A DNA stretch of 59,671 nt, filler included, from Diploschistes diacapsis (GCA_023645945.1; 6 parts of 6 records of this genome joined end to end with filler, not necessarily neighbours in it), one strand, 5' to 3'. Positions 25,839-39,039 are shown, counted from the first letter of the whole stretch. Numbers and translations are program-made. Notes: generated from the sequence alone by a model not told the origin.

Positions 25839-27166
25839 ATGGCGACGACACGATCGATATTCGATTACCTCACGGCACCAAATCCTCGAATTCAATATTA
25901 TGAAGGCAATAGCAGGTCGTTAACTACTTCAATAAAATACCACGTACCAAAGCAGCTAATACATTGGGACGAGTTCAATTTTCGTACTTTAGAAACCGTA
26001 TACAACAAAAGCCTGATACAGGAGGCTCGACACAAACGCTGTTCACTTGAAGCCTATCCTCACATATTGCCAGAATGGGATTGCCAAGTCGGAGATGAGG
26101 CTACTACGATTGCGATGTTAACGAAATGGAATCATACAATTGTAACCCAAGCTCTAGAGGATGTCCGACAGAGCTTTAACCCATGCTTTTGGGTACAAGG
26201 GAGTGGGAAAAGCAAGGTGAAAGCCGACGCAGGCGCCATCTCCTCGTCTCTGGGACATGGCTCCACGACCACCGCAAAAGAGAAGCAAATGCTTCCCAAA
26301 GACTATAAGACAGCGAATAAATGGATGAGCTCCGCAGTTTTTGAGAAGGGGCTCATAGACCAGAAGACCGGGCTATGGGGAGCAACTGCATCAAAAAAGC
26401 CTGAGGCTATGCCAATTCGACAGGCTTATACTTACTGCATCAAGCATCAATGCCGATATGGATGTATTTTAAGCACCGGAGAGGCCTTCATCTTCCGAAT
26501 AAGGCCAAGAGCCGTACCATCAGGTATGAACATCTCAGAACCTTAGTTTCCCCTCAATGACATATTATACTAAAGTCCGTGTGATATAGGTTCTCCTAAG
26601 AACTCAAGGACATTGCAGAATCTTCTTGTCGACGATGGCTTAATGGAATTCGTGTCCATTCCATGGGACAACCACAGAAATGTGGCTTCAAACGAATATA
26701 AGAGCCTGACTGTGAATCTAGCGTTATGGTTCGTGCATGTTCTTGCTGGTAATTGTCACGCCGTTGATTGGACGTACAATCCATTGTGCTCTGAGCAGTT
26801 GGCTCAGCGTAGCGGAGACGATGATGTGGGTGTGTCAACTATTGTAGATGAACAAGAAGGGTCATGTGAAGCACAGGACCCCTATCCTCGAAAGCGCAAA
26901 AGGCTGGATGAGGAAGATGTCCTCCATGCTTCTTTCACTCGGGTACTATTCTTCTGCTGTGCCAAGATTTCTCAAGACAATTTTGCTGAGTTTGAATCTA
27001 GTTGTCACGCTCAACAAGGAGTCCGAGCGAGCAAAGCCATTCGACTCTTGGATCAAGTGGAAATGAGAGAAGCCGAGGGGCTAGCCAGAAACAGAATCAA
27101 GCAAGTCGCGAGAAAACAGATGTTCCAAGAAAAAGGGGTCGTCCGTCTAAGCGCTCGAGAGGCTGA
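25839..27166 (+). CDS. Putative PD-(D/E)XK restriction-endonuclease-fold protein with C-terminal AT-hook, about 400 aa
   Basis: DE..KADAG..LPKDYK..W..RQAYTY..RYGCILS..IPW..LTVNLALW. Exons 25839-26523, 26590-26942, 27002-27166; the last exon ends PRKRGRPSKRSRG*. Confidence 0.72.
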
Positions 27167-28185
27167 GACCAAAAGAGCATACCACCTCTGTACAGTTGAA
27201 CTTGGTGGTCATGCAGCACTTGACACCATACTTGACAAGATTGTGTGACCCGAGGGATTTTAATAATGTCTGAGAAGGGTTTCTAGAAGCGCGTGTTTCT
27301 TCCAACATAACCTGAGGAATTAATTTTCACATTCAGTTTGAATTCGAAGATTGTTCGGTGAGATTTTTGTATGACTCCATCTTTGCCGTAGCCTCATCCA
27401 ACCTCGATCGTGCAAGAAGGTATCTTTGGTCTGGCGCTTACTCCACAGACCTGAGGCTCTTTTGAACCTTGGGAGCTGCAATAATATCCTTGGAACACTT
27501 TAGTAGACCAAAAAGCGTTTCGAATAGGCCGCAAGTCGTCTGATCTGCACCAGTAATAAGAGGTCAGGCCTTTCGGTAAGCCACGTCAAGATAATACAGG
27601 ATATGCCATCCTTGTCTTCCTCCGCTTCTGTCCTTTAGCGGTAAATGACTTTACATAGTAATCAACGCTTTAAGTTTCTCTAGAGTAATCATGTGATTCA
27701 CCAAGATCTAATCTTATCTTTTTTGTATATGTTTTCAATGTTTCACCTGGCAAATAATTCTTTACGATCAAAGATCATCCACGTCGCTGAGGAAGACGCT
27801 GACAAGAACGGGTACAAGGCATAAAGATCCTCGGAAGGGGTAGGAGAGCTTTTCGTGGACGGAGGAGACATGTTTAATCAAAGTCATGAATTTCAGGGGG
27901 CATTTGATCGGAATTTTTACTATTATAAGGGGTTTCGTCTGTTTGCTTCCTTCTGTTTCTGTGAACAGGAGTATTTGGATAGTTTATATAAAAATCCCTT
28001 GAATCTCTTGGCGAAGCGCTTTACGTGTGTAGATTTATATGCGTGCGACGTGTATAAATGAGGCCCCCTTACGCATAAAGTTGCATTGAGTGCTACATGG
28101 TTCTTGGGCTGTTATACTTTGTGGCATTAGTCTCTTTCACCAGTGAATTTTACTGACAGGCTACATTAACGGCAACGGTGGCAAC

Positions 28186-29202
28186 TTGTCAAAAGCACGC
28201 GTGGCGAGCATAATCACTGTGAAGGCAACAAAGTCTCCTGGCGACATTTCACCATCATACGAGCCGCCGCTCGTTTCTCAAGTTGCTGTCGCCAGCGAAG
28301 TTGACAAGCGTGGCTCAAACACATTTCTGGACCACAATTTTGCGGACCACTATCGCAAAGTGTACAAGTGCCGCCATGTATTCGATCCTACTTTAGAGGG
28401 TGATATGCACAACCGCATGGCTATCACACCGAAAAGATTATGGCAGGCACGCATTGACTGGGACTTATTGCCGGTATGAGATCTTGAAAGCGAACTTCAT
28501 CTCTGCATATGGCTAACGTAGTTTCTAGATATATTTTATTGAGCTTGTCCTGTATGTTCCTGTCAACCTTAACATTATCGCTTCGGGCACTTGGGTTTAC
28601 CCTTGTGGGCTTACTTTTACCCAAAACCCTCGCTTGCAGGAAACACTAGCTGTTTGAGAAGTTTACCACGAACCTGCTCACCATACCCAGCACTGCGATT
28701 AGATGCATTACGCTTCTAGACCTCACATGGGTCAGCGAGCGGGTCCGGGAGCGCTCGGTTGTTGCCATGCTCCAGAATATGTGGGCCTTGCCTTGCCTTA
28801 TTGCACTTCGCTGGTGGCCCGGCACGATGCATGACATTTGGGGCACATTCGCTCTGATCACCGTCTTGCTCAGCTATTCCCACTGTCACGCGTCGTTGTA
28901 GCATGGGCTTCTCGCAACCCCGGCTCCGTGCCAACGCGGTCTGCGTCTGCAGCATTCTATAATATGTGCGTTCAGCTTGGCAACATCATCTCCGCCGATA
29001 TATACAAATCGGATGATGCTCCGCTGTATCATCGAGCATCTTGTCCATTGTGCTCTTTGTTGCTACTCAAGTATATTAATATCCGGAGAAATAAAGTAAG
29101 GGGGCGGAAGTAGAACGCGATGACGCAGCTGGAAGGGAAGGTTATTTGGAAAACAAAAAAGATGAGGGCAACGAGTGGTTAGATTTTCGCTTTGTGCATT
29201 GA
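28186..29202 (+). pseudogene. Degenerate MFS transporter (allantoate permease family)
   Basis: Fragments KCRHVFDP, TNLLTIPS, SRNPGSVPTRSASAAFYNMCVQLGNIISADIYKSDDAPLYHR and DEGNEWLDFRFVH* in several frames, with stops and large deletions. Confidence 0.82.
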
Positions 29203-29657
29203 ATATGCAATAACCTTTGTAAAGCAGGCGAAGTTGAAGGACAAACTTTTTGCCCTCCGCATACTTTGCTGCGTGGGAATAAGCCTCAGTTGGACTTGAG
29301 AGCAATGTTTTATTCCTTGAAAGCAAAAAACGTCCAAGAGTCGAGGCTATTCTTCGAAACCGATAGAGTTACCGTCCTAAAGCGTCGCTGCAAGTCCGAA
29401 TGCTCGTTTTTTAGTTTGTTATTTGCCTGCAGAACGTAGTATCTAGTAAATACTTGTGCTGAAGTTAAGCGCACAAAATAGCCGGCTGCTGATTGGCTCC
29501 CCACAATAGACCTCTTAGACCTTACCTCAAGCTCCAGCATTCTCCCAAGCCCATATCACCACTACCATCACCATCACCACCGCCACTACCACTGCTGCAC
29601 CCAGCACAGCCCTTACTCTCCCACCCTCCTGCCCTCTCGCCCCGGAATCCGCCCACC

Positions 29658-29826
29658 ATGCCGCAAGACATGCCACCCGTAGGGGGCTACGCCCCGGTCC
29701 AATACAAGGTACCCGGTCCCCCCAGCTCCCCATCCCGCGCATCCCTTCCCACGGCGTGCGTCCGTCTCCGTCTCCCTTTTCGAACCCGCTCCACCTCCCC
29801 GTTCCCCCATCCCTTCCCATGCCGTC
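29658..29826 (+). CDS. NDUFA13: Complex I subunit NDUFA13/GRIM-19: exon 1 (29658-29708) and start of intron, truncated by contig edge
   Basis: MPQDMPPVGGYAPVQYK followed by a GT donor; matches the conserved QDMPP.GGY..V.YKRN N-terminus. Confidence 0.85.
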
Positions 29827-29926
29827 NNNNNNNNNNNNNNNNNNNNNNNNNNNNNNNNNNNNNNNNNNNNTTAATTAATTAANNNNNNNNNNNNNNNNNN
29901 NNNNNNNNNNNNNNNNNNNNNNNNNN
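29827..29926. other. Artificial contig spacer
   Basis: N44-TTAATTAATTAA-N44. Confidence 0.98.
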
Positions 29927-30807
29927 GGGGGGTGTTATTCTCCAAGTTATGGCCGGATGTGTGTGGCCTGGTTTGGGACACAAGCTCATCCCGACATTTC
30001 ATAGGTAAGGTAATAAATAATAATAAAAAAGGGCTATTGGGAAAGCGGGATGCTGGGCGCCCTTTTCTGGGGGACGTATATTCAAGCTTTTTTTGCTTTG
30101 AGCCAGTTAGGGCTTGGCTTTTATATAGATAGGACTCTGCGAGATATTTGATTCGTAGTAGCTCGGGCTAACAATGATTTGTGTTTTTTTTTTTTTTTTT
30201 TCCCTCGAACTAAGAAGTTCTGTTGGTCATGGTACTCAACTTGTTTTTTTTTTTTTTCCTTTTGCATATTGATACTATTAACAGAAGGGTGTGCAGTAGG
30301 TATGTTCACATATTGCCCACCTGCCCTCTTGTATGCCCAATCAACTTGTCCAGGATTCGATCTTATTTTTTGGTCTTTCAGTTATCTTTGCAGGGCACTT
30401 CGGGGGACCGCATGGCTCTTCTTAATGATGCCCAGGAACAAATCGTCGTGGGCATTGCTTAAAACTTGACGCAAGTAACAGTACATGACAGGAATTAAGC
30501 TAGATCCCCTTTTAGGAAACCCCTTGCAACCAACCGAGCACCAACTAAGTCGCGGCTTTATCCAAGAAGCAGTTCATAGAGTGTCAAATTATTATTTTTC
30601 GGTAGCAAAGTACAAGTAGTATCATCTCCTCAAAGCCGAGCAGAGCCAGTTTGAGGCGTGGAATTGGGACCAGGGAGCACATGGGCAAATACACGCTGGG
30701 TTGTGCTCATGCTCCCAATCTTGGGCAAGCGTCGCCAATTACCTCCCCTTCACCTTCCAAATCCTTTTCCAGATGACGTCGAAAGCCTCCATTACTACGG
30801 CCCCTGC

Positions 30808-32408
30808 CTACCCCGTCAGCGGCTGCCCAGGTGGGGGCGTTCCACTCAGGTCCGGATCATCCGGGTTACTCGAGGACAGAGCGGGGTCGTCGCAGCTGTC
30901 GCAGCTCGCTGACGGCTGGATGAAGCTGCCAAGGTTGCAGCTGAAGGGGGCGAAAAAGGGGCTGATGACGCCCTCGACGAAGGCGGAGTAGGTGTCGATG
31001 TTGTCGGCTAGCGCGGTCTGGAACTGGCCGGGCACGGTGTCGAAGACGTTGGACTGCGAGGTAGGGAAAAGGGAGGGTGTTAGCTACATACATTGGAAAG
31101 AAGAAGAAGAGGAGGGTGGGTGATATTAGGGTTGCGGATAGAGGGATGAATGGTACTTACGAGTACAAAACACATGACCTGATCAGGTGTCATGCTCGTG
31201 ATGTCGGCGTTGAGCGGGATGAAGTTGCCCGTGCCTTGGTTCATGCCCAGCTCGAAGGGATAGCCCGCGTAGATGTTGACAAGATCGTCGGCGAGGTTGG
31301 CAAGGCCGTAAGCGGTGCTGCGACGGAACCAACTGCAATGAGACCACGTCAGTGCAACGACTCGATCTTCGGGCCAGGGCTCGGTACGAACTCATCGGGG
31401 AACGTGTTGTTCAAAAAGAACGGCTCGATGTTTGCAGCATCGGCCGTCTCTTCGTGAGTCCCGTTGGGTAGTCCTCTGAAGACGAAAGCACGCTCTGCCA
31501 AGGATACGGCAAAGTACTTGGCGCCTGCAAAGAAATCAGGGTTGGTCGAGCGTGCTGTCTCGTAGGTCGCCTTTTGATTTGCGATCCAGGTCTCGATGCC
31601 GAAAAAGCCTCCGCCGGACTGGACGGCCTGTTGGCGGATCGTTTCCCAACGGCTGGGGATGAAGTCGGCTTGGTTACCAAAGTAATTGTCCTCGCGCGAG
31701 ATGGAGCCGTCGACTTCAAAGGTGCCGTGCTTGTCGAGTCCCAGCGCGGGACCGAGCGTGTTGGGTACGCGGCTGTCGGCACCGCCGATCGAATACTTGC
31801 CCGACACCAGATCACCACCTGCAATGAGGCCGAGAGCCGAGAGGAAGGTAGAGAGATCGTAGCCGAAGCCGTAGGCCGTCTGCACCGCGTTCGAGGCCTC
31901 GGCGAAGGTTGTGATGCCACTGCGGTCCAAGAACTAGTGATATGTTAACAGAATCCGAATCCCAATTGAGAATCGACTGAATATCATACGGCTGTGTTTG
32001 CGAGAGTATTGAGTGTTGGGCAAAGCCCCCGTACGTCCGTATCGGCAGGAGGCATGAAAGCATGAGCGGGGTCGTCCCCTGGAATCTTCTTCAGGCCTTG
32101 TGGCTGTGGGGTAGGAAGGTCAAGGTCGGCCAAGATGCCCGTCAAGGGCTGGAGAAGGCCACCCACTGAACGAATATCGGCATTAGGCTCACAAGAAGCA
32201 AGGACGAAGGCATACAAAGGCCACCCCCAAGAGCACCACCGCCAAGTATACCTTGACGCTTTTCCTTAGCGCTTCGTACGGCAGCGTTGCCAATTATGCG
32301 GCTGGTGGTATCTCTCATCATAGCCGCTCTTTCCTTAGAATCAAGATCGGGGGCCATGAAAGGAAAAGCAGCGGCCGTAGAGGCCAGTAGAGTCAAAGAG
32401 TAACGCAT
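30808..32408 (-). CDS. Secreted heme-thiolate peroxidase / unspecific peroxygenase (long type), 442 aa
   Basis: Signal peptide, DVRGLCPTLNTLAN heme-Cys motif, HGTFEVDGSISRED, FPDDWFRR. Exons 32408-32216, 32165-31990, 31933-31392, 31332-31161, 31053-30808. Confidence 0.92.
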
Positions 32409-33199
32409 GATGGAATACACGGGGCAGTGTCCCTCAAAGTTGTGTCCGTTGTAGCCGGAACTGCCAGAATATAAGCTCCTGGGATAGGAAGCGAGATATA
32501 TAGCATAAGTGAAGAGCGGGGAAGAGTGCTAGATTCACAGTTCTGCTTCGCTCCCGAGGAGGAGATGCCGCATCCCCCTGCGCAGCCTTCACCATGTGTT
32601 TTTTCTACGTCCAAGACGACCAAGCCGCTCCTTCTGGGGTAGGCATGTTCAACTCTGGTGATAGCCAATGCGGAGAGATTAGGTTATCAGGCCAATACCT
32701 CCAACATGGATGCAGGCAGTCGGTTCTCAACTTGAAAGTTGAAGCCGAGGTCATAGGTAGGCGCCATAGCCTGGGGCCATTGACCAGAGGGAGGGTCGAT
32801 ACCATCAGCGCTGACGTTGTGCAGCAATGGTGCAGGCTTTAGTAAGGAAGTATAAAAGGTTAGAGGGAGTGATTTGCAGAAACGCTGTTCAAAAAGGACG
32901 AAGGCTTACCAGTAGTTGCCGCAATTCAAGCCTAGCCCCTGGGAAAACGGCCTAAACTGGTAGTTACGGACAGGTAGATCGCTGGAGGTCGACGTGACGG
33001 TTGCCTCTTTGAGGAATTCCTTATCTAGACCCTCCGTCACCGGGTTGGGGAGACTGTTTGAACATGCTGCAACGCAACGTCTTCCACGCTAAGGGCCAAC
33101 GCTGGCCCTCATTAGAATTACAGCACTACCTTTTCCAGCTTTCAAATGCAGCGACATGCATAACCTCCATCCACTTACTCGCGTCGGGGGAAAATCTTT

Positions 33200-36100
33200 C
33201 TAACCTCTGAGGTGGGTTATGCGCGCCAATGAGAGTGGAACAACGCGCAATAACTGCTGGTCATTTAGCACTCCGTAAGTGGGCGTAGAAAGCGAGCAAA
33301 AAAGCTGATGAAGTGAGTGGCTGGTATTCATATTGCTGTCTGCACAATTACATATGTGCTCCATGAGTATCAAAAAATGTAGGGGAAGTGCGGGTATAGA
33401 AATCATGCATGTTGAAGGTATGGTGATGTGGAAAATGGGAGTAATAATCCAGTCTTTCTGCGCGCATATGCAAGCTGTTTCCTGAACTCGGAGCAAAATG
33501 CGAGGGCTGCATATTGCGGCTTACGCTTATGCATTTATTCAGGGGCGAAGGTATGGGCCTCTACGAGGTAAATCTTCTTCACAATCGCGCATGAACTTTA
33601 CTGGCTCTTCAAGGCTTGTCTCGAATAGTGTATCGCCGCCTCTGATGTCCTCGGTCAGCTGTTCATGAAAGCTGGTTTACCCAGAGCCTGCTCAAATCAC
33701 CGATTAGGAGGACATCGCAACCTGGGCAGCGCCCTTCAGGATGTGCTTTGGCGTGTTCTTGGCCTCTAGAGAAGCTCGGTGACTTTGTGACTCTAGTTGA
33801 TAAGCTTGATGGAAACAAGTCTGTGCGCATCCCATGTTGCGAACCGAAGAGGAAGGAACGTTATCAAATGGTGGCCTCTTATCAAAGTCTGTCATCCTCT
33901 CCGAATAAAGGTGGAGATGAGCAAAACACAGTAAATGAAGAACTTGTCTGGAAACCATCTCAGAGAGTTTCATAGCGAGCCCACAAATCAGCTTTCCGTA
34001 TTAGGTACTGAAGGTGACGCAGTAGTGTTCAAGCATCAAGTCAAACGCTCTCGTATGATCAAGTAAGGACATACACAGAAAAAGCAAGATTGTTGATAAA
34101 ATGCAGGCACATGACTTAATCACAGTGCCCGAAAGACAGGCTGAGACGGATGAGGCTTTGGGTACCGGAGAGATATCTGCAACATAAGGGTGCGAGTGAG
34201 ATATACTGCCTTCTTAATCCAATCCAGTCTCTGAAACAAAGAAGCCAAAGATGCTGTAGTCATACGACCGACCCTCTACCCCAGACAATGTATTCATCTG
34301 TATTGTGACATAACAAAAAATATCACCCATCAAAATATTGGATCGCGTACATCTTACCTTGAGAACTTGGCTACAGTCATCAGTACTCTCGTCAATCAGT
34401 CCTAAACGTTTAAAGCAGGCACACATGAAACCTAACACAGGATTCCTGAGTTAAGCAGACTGCTGCGATAGTGGGGTGGCATGATGGAGGTAATGGCTTT
34501 CTTATCACAACCAGAATATGACGCCGTTGCTTGGAGTAAACATGAATGGAATCTATACTTGGCGACATTATTACGAAAATAGATGGGAGTTGTCACGGAA
34601 GTGCCGGAACCAGGTAAAAGGATAACATCATAGTCTTGATTGCACAAACAAACAAAAAAGTAAAAGCAAGGCATCCGATAGAAGTCCATATTCAGAAATA
34701 CTCAACTCCCTTCGAAAGATGTTACCAGTGTCCCAACATTTTGATCCTGACCTATAGGTCGGCTTTTCAGTCAGCTGTACCTAAAACAAGCAATAAAGAA
34801 CTGCAAAAGCTGTTCACTAAACATTAGTAGCTTCGCTGTCTCGACTCCAATCCTTTTAATACCAGACTGATCAAATGAATTCTTAAAGATTCTTTTAGAG
34901 ACCCGGTCACGCCTATCTGGTGTATTTCGCAAGGCTCTCCAAATAACTAATTAGTAAAATAATTTTTCTATACAATAGGATATTCCAAGTGCCTTTGACT
35001 TCCAGGACAACTCGTTCCTCTATATCGTATTATATACGCCGTTATTACTTTCCCATCGAGAGCTACAATTCAAGCTGTAACAAGATGCAGATGTATACAT
35101 TATCAACCAAGGCCCCCCCACCACCATGGCTCGTCAAAATATAAATCGTGTGTAGAAACTCTATTATGTATGAAGACGTAGAAAGATATACAGTTTACCT
35201 TTTCTTCTAGAGATTATTGAACAACCCTCCATGGCTGAGAATAATTTGACTTGTATAGGAGGCAAAGGAATTAAAAGCCAGATGTTATAAACCCATGTTT
35301 GTATCTATATCATAGGTCTAGGCTGTATATCTCCGGTCCCTGTCCGACTCGGTGGCAACTTTCTAGCTGACTGTGATTCGAGACTAACTAGAATTATTAA
35401 TACTAATATCTTTTCGCACCGTGCTTTCTTATTGGTCTTTCTGGTACTAGAGCTCCATCCTAGCTGGTTAGAGAAGGTTTTTTTAGACGGTGTTGGAATA
35501 CACCAGCGGCGACAAATCAAGCGCAGGGTACCTCGAGAGATACCAGCTGCCCAGTTCCTTGGCTTGGAACTTGACAGGCAGAGTAAGCCTATCAGGTTTC
35601 TCTTACGTCGAGACAACCACCACGAAGAGAGCTCGACCTAAGGATTTAAGAGGCCTAAAATTAAGGAAATCAAAGTCGAAGGCTACCTGGGCTCGCCAAC
35701 GGGGCTTTTTTTTCTAAGAAGCAGGCCATTCATGTGTGAAAACGAGCTACTGCGTCTTTGCATTACGAGGCGTTCCAATCCATGGTAACAGTCTCAAACT
35801 CTCCATGTAGAGTCTTGATGTAATCCGGTGAGGCATCACAAGAGAAGTCCACAAACTGTGAACATAAATAGCTTCTATCAGTACTGCTGCTTGTCCTTGT
35901 AGTCGGACAGGAGCAGATACACTTCGCATCTCTTGCCAACTGCCCTCTGCTAGCTCGGAGATCGGTCCTTCGGTATATTACGCGTAAGACATCGACTACT
36001 GATTGCGGTGTCCCCCATCTGCGAGACAGACACAGGTCATGCTTCGGACTTTGCAAAGTTACCTACCCAACATCACGTTAAATTGTGATCCTGTTGTCCT

Positions 36101-38270
36101 TTATCAGTTGGTTTATGTCGTCTGTTTACGTGCCGTTAACGCATCAGGATTTAGTCTCGATCGGGCGTAGAAAATCAATAGGCAAGCCTCGCAGGACGCT
36201 CGGACGATGTAACGAAAGTGGCTACACATATCCTAACTAGAGCAGGACTATGTTTGTCCCACACATTGGAGTACGTTCTGATAAGAAATTCTCGAATTGT
36301 TGACTTATGCGACCATCATCCATTAGCTCCAAACAGTTTCTCCAAATGGCTCTCCTCATCTTTTTTTCTGTCTCTTGTTACTCTCCCGTTCATTGCATAT
36401 ATCCCCCACCTTACTTAGAGCGAGAGTGGACACTCAGAGTGCGGCGAGAACGTAAGACAAATATGAACCCATGCATCCTCCTGTTCTCCTGGCTTGCTGT
36501 GTCTTCGGCGATCTTAACATATGGCTCGGGCCGCGCGTATATATGATGCGGTAGTTTCGAGATTCTCCAATATTTGCATTCGAACAACCTGTGAGATATG
36601 TTGCTGACGACAACGAAGGAGACCGATGAGTGTGACTCTTCTCAACTTTCAGCTTAGTATGGCTCGTCATTCGGTTGGTCCTCGATAGAATAAATTCCAA
36701 GATAATGGCTTAGACTTCCCAAGGAGTCTAACGGGTCTGTAACTAGCCCATTTGGTTGCCCGGCGGCTTCATGTAGGGTCAGAGCTCTGGCGTGCTCGAG
36801 GACCAAAATGCCCTCTAAGTAGCTTTTCCAAAATCTTGAAACGAATGTGCCTGAGTACGTGCTGGCTAAAGTATCGGCCAAGAGTTCTAGTTGCTTATAA
36901 GTTACATACTGGGGCCCGAAGGACTAGCTGATCATGCCCATTGCTAATGAACTGGCAAGCCTCTCCACGTGATTATTGAGCTGGAATATAGGGGGCTCAA
37001 AGATATCGACGGTAGCCTTTTTGCTTTACAAATCAGTCATGTCCAATGATAGTCAGTCTACTTACATTGATGCTAAAGAGGATGTAGTCCACCCGTATTG
37101 GAAACTCCCTTCACCTGTGATCACTCCAATACTTGAGAGAAGTCCTGAGTTGTACTTATGTTCTTATACCTGACTTGTATTGCTTAGAATTGGGGAACAG
37201 ACGCCATGGGCATCCTTAATAGATTCAAGATTCAAGATATCCCATGAGCTTCTCCAATGCGGAAGTAAAAATTTGTGCGTCCTTGTTCACCTGTTGAGAT
37301 GCAGCATGGCAGTGTTTCCGACCTAAAACTGGCTTGTGATATTATTATTTTGCTTTGAGAAGGTAGCCTATGTAAGGTTCTGCTTATCATCGAGTTATTA
37401 CCACACGACCATCGAATGTAGGGCAACAAGCGGACCCCAGACAGGAAAGATAGAACGCTTTTGTCAGGCTGGAAGCCATCACAAGACTCGAATAGTACCT
37501 TGTAGCCAACCGTATGCCTTTCAAAGCACTGTTTCAAGCCACCCTATTCTTTTTCATCATGTGTGTTACTTACTCAATTATTCGAGATACTTTAGACGCT
37601 GGCAACGAAGTCCCGGTGGGGCCCGAGAACTGCGTAAGAGACCAATCCCTGGGTAATACAACGAGTTTATAGCAAACGATGCCTATTATGACACTCGACA
37701 TCTGATATCCTAAACATTCCGCGCGAGAGATCAAACTACCGTGACAGCCCAGAGCTTCTCGAACTTGGGCAGTCCCGTGTAGCAGACTTGGAACCAATTG
37801 CAAAGTGGTGTTGATGTCAAGATGGCTAATGCCCATGTTCATTTAGGAGATAAAAACAGCGATACAAGAACTCGAGCACGGCGATTGCATCCCCAGCCAA
37901 CCTGTCGACGGTGCAACCTAATTGGGAGCACACCCAGCTGACCTCCGTGGTTCATTGGCTTGGCCGAAAGAACGTCTGATTGCGCTTTTGGGATACGTCC
38001 ATGCATCGGAAGTATGACTTCGACTTGGAGGATTGAGTCTTCTGACTGCCCATCACTTGATCACTTGCTCGGTAGTTGGGGATTTGGCTATTAGTAAATT
38101 GAGCTTGAAATTAAACTCTTCTCGCTCGGTGCATGCCAATTGTTCGAGGCTGTCACCTAAACTATGAATTTCTCAACTTTTTCGATTGATTCTTCGTAAC
38201 GATAATGCTGGAGAAAACCTGTAAGGTCAAGTCTGGATGTATGATGGATTGATGTAGAAGCATGAGCACT
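33200..38270 (-). pseudogene. Possible highly decayed gene relic(s), unidentified
   Basis: About 5 kb with no intact gene; co-oriented coding-like minus-strand fragments (e.g. 35763-36056, 36654-36881, 37570-37842) broken by stops. Confidence 0.3.
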
Positions 38271-38280
38271 TCCAAGATAC

Positions 38281-38340
<60 letters not shown>
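38281..38340. repeat. (TAT)20 microsatellite abutting a MITE
   Basis: Perfect trinucleotide run. Confidence 0.97.
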
Positions 38341-38342
<2 letters not shown>

Positions 38343-38907
38343 GGCTGGCCGTTTCGTGCCACGGTCACTGACACGGACACTGCAGCAAAAATTTTCAAAA
38401 CACGGACACTGACACGGACACTACCTTTCCGTGAATCCACGGACACGGACACCGCAATTAAAAAATTTAAAACACGGACACTGACACGGACACTACAATT
38501 AAAAAATTTAAAACACGGACACTGACACGGACACTACATTTCCGTGAATCCACTGACACGGACACTGCACTGCAGTGAAAGCACGGAAACACTTTTTTTT
38601 TTTTTAATATTTTTAAAATTATCACGCTTATTTCTCACGCTTTTATTTTTTAAAAATTATTTTTGAAAACACGGACACGGACACGGACACCGTAATTAAA
38701 ATTTTTAAAACACGGATATTAATACGGATACTGCATTTCCGTAAATTTACGAACACGGATACCGCAATTAAAAAATCTAAAACACGGACATTAATACGGA
38801 CATTATATTTCCGTAAATCCACGGACACGGACACCGCAGCAAAAAAATCTAAAACACGGACACTGACACTGTCAGTGTCCGTGTCAGTGTCAGTGACGGC
38901 CAGCCTA
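38341..38907. mobile_element. hAT-like non-autonomous element (MITE)
   Basis: TIRs TAGGCTGGCCGT / ACGGCCAGCCTA; interior made of many CACGGACAC(TGA) motifs within longer tandem units; TSD not recognisable. Confidence 0.8.
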
Positions 38908-39039
38908 AAATTACGTTAAACACGACATATTCGTCAAAGGATTTAGACTAGTATAAAGGACATCTAGCTGAACTAGGTAAACATACCGATAATTCCGCCC
39001 GTGGGGGAATGTTGAACAGGCAGGCAGAATGCATGGCTA

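Noticed and set aside
26943..27248. ORF-track C-terminus of the nuclease-like gene running to 27248
   Set aside because: A canonical 59-nt intron gives a more plausible tail ending in an AT-hook at 27166.
38341..38907. Repeat array resembling a CRISPR
   Set aside because: No unique spacers, TIR-bounded, eukaryotic context, no cas genes.
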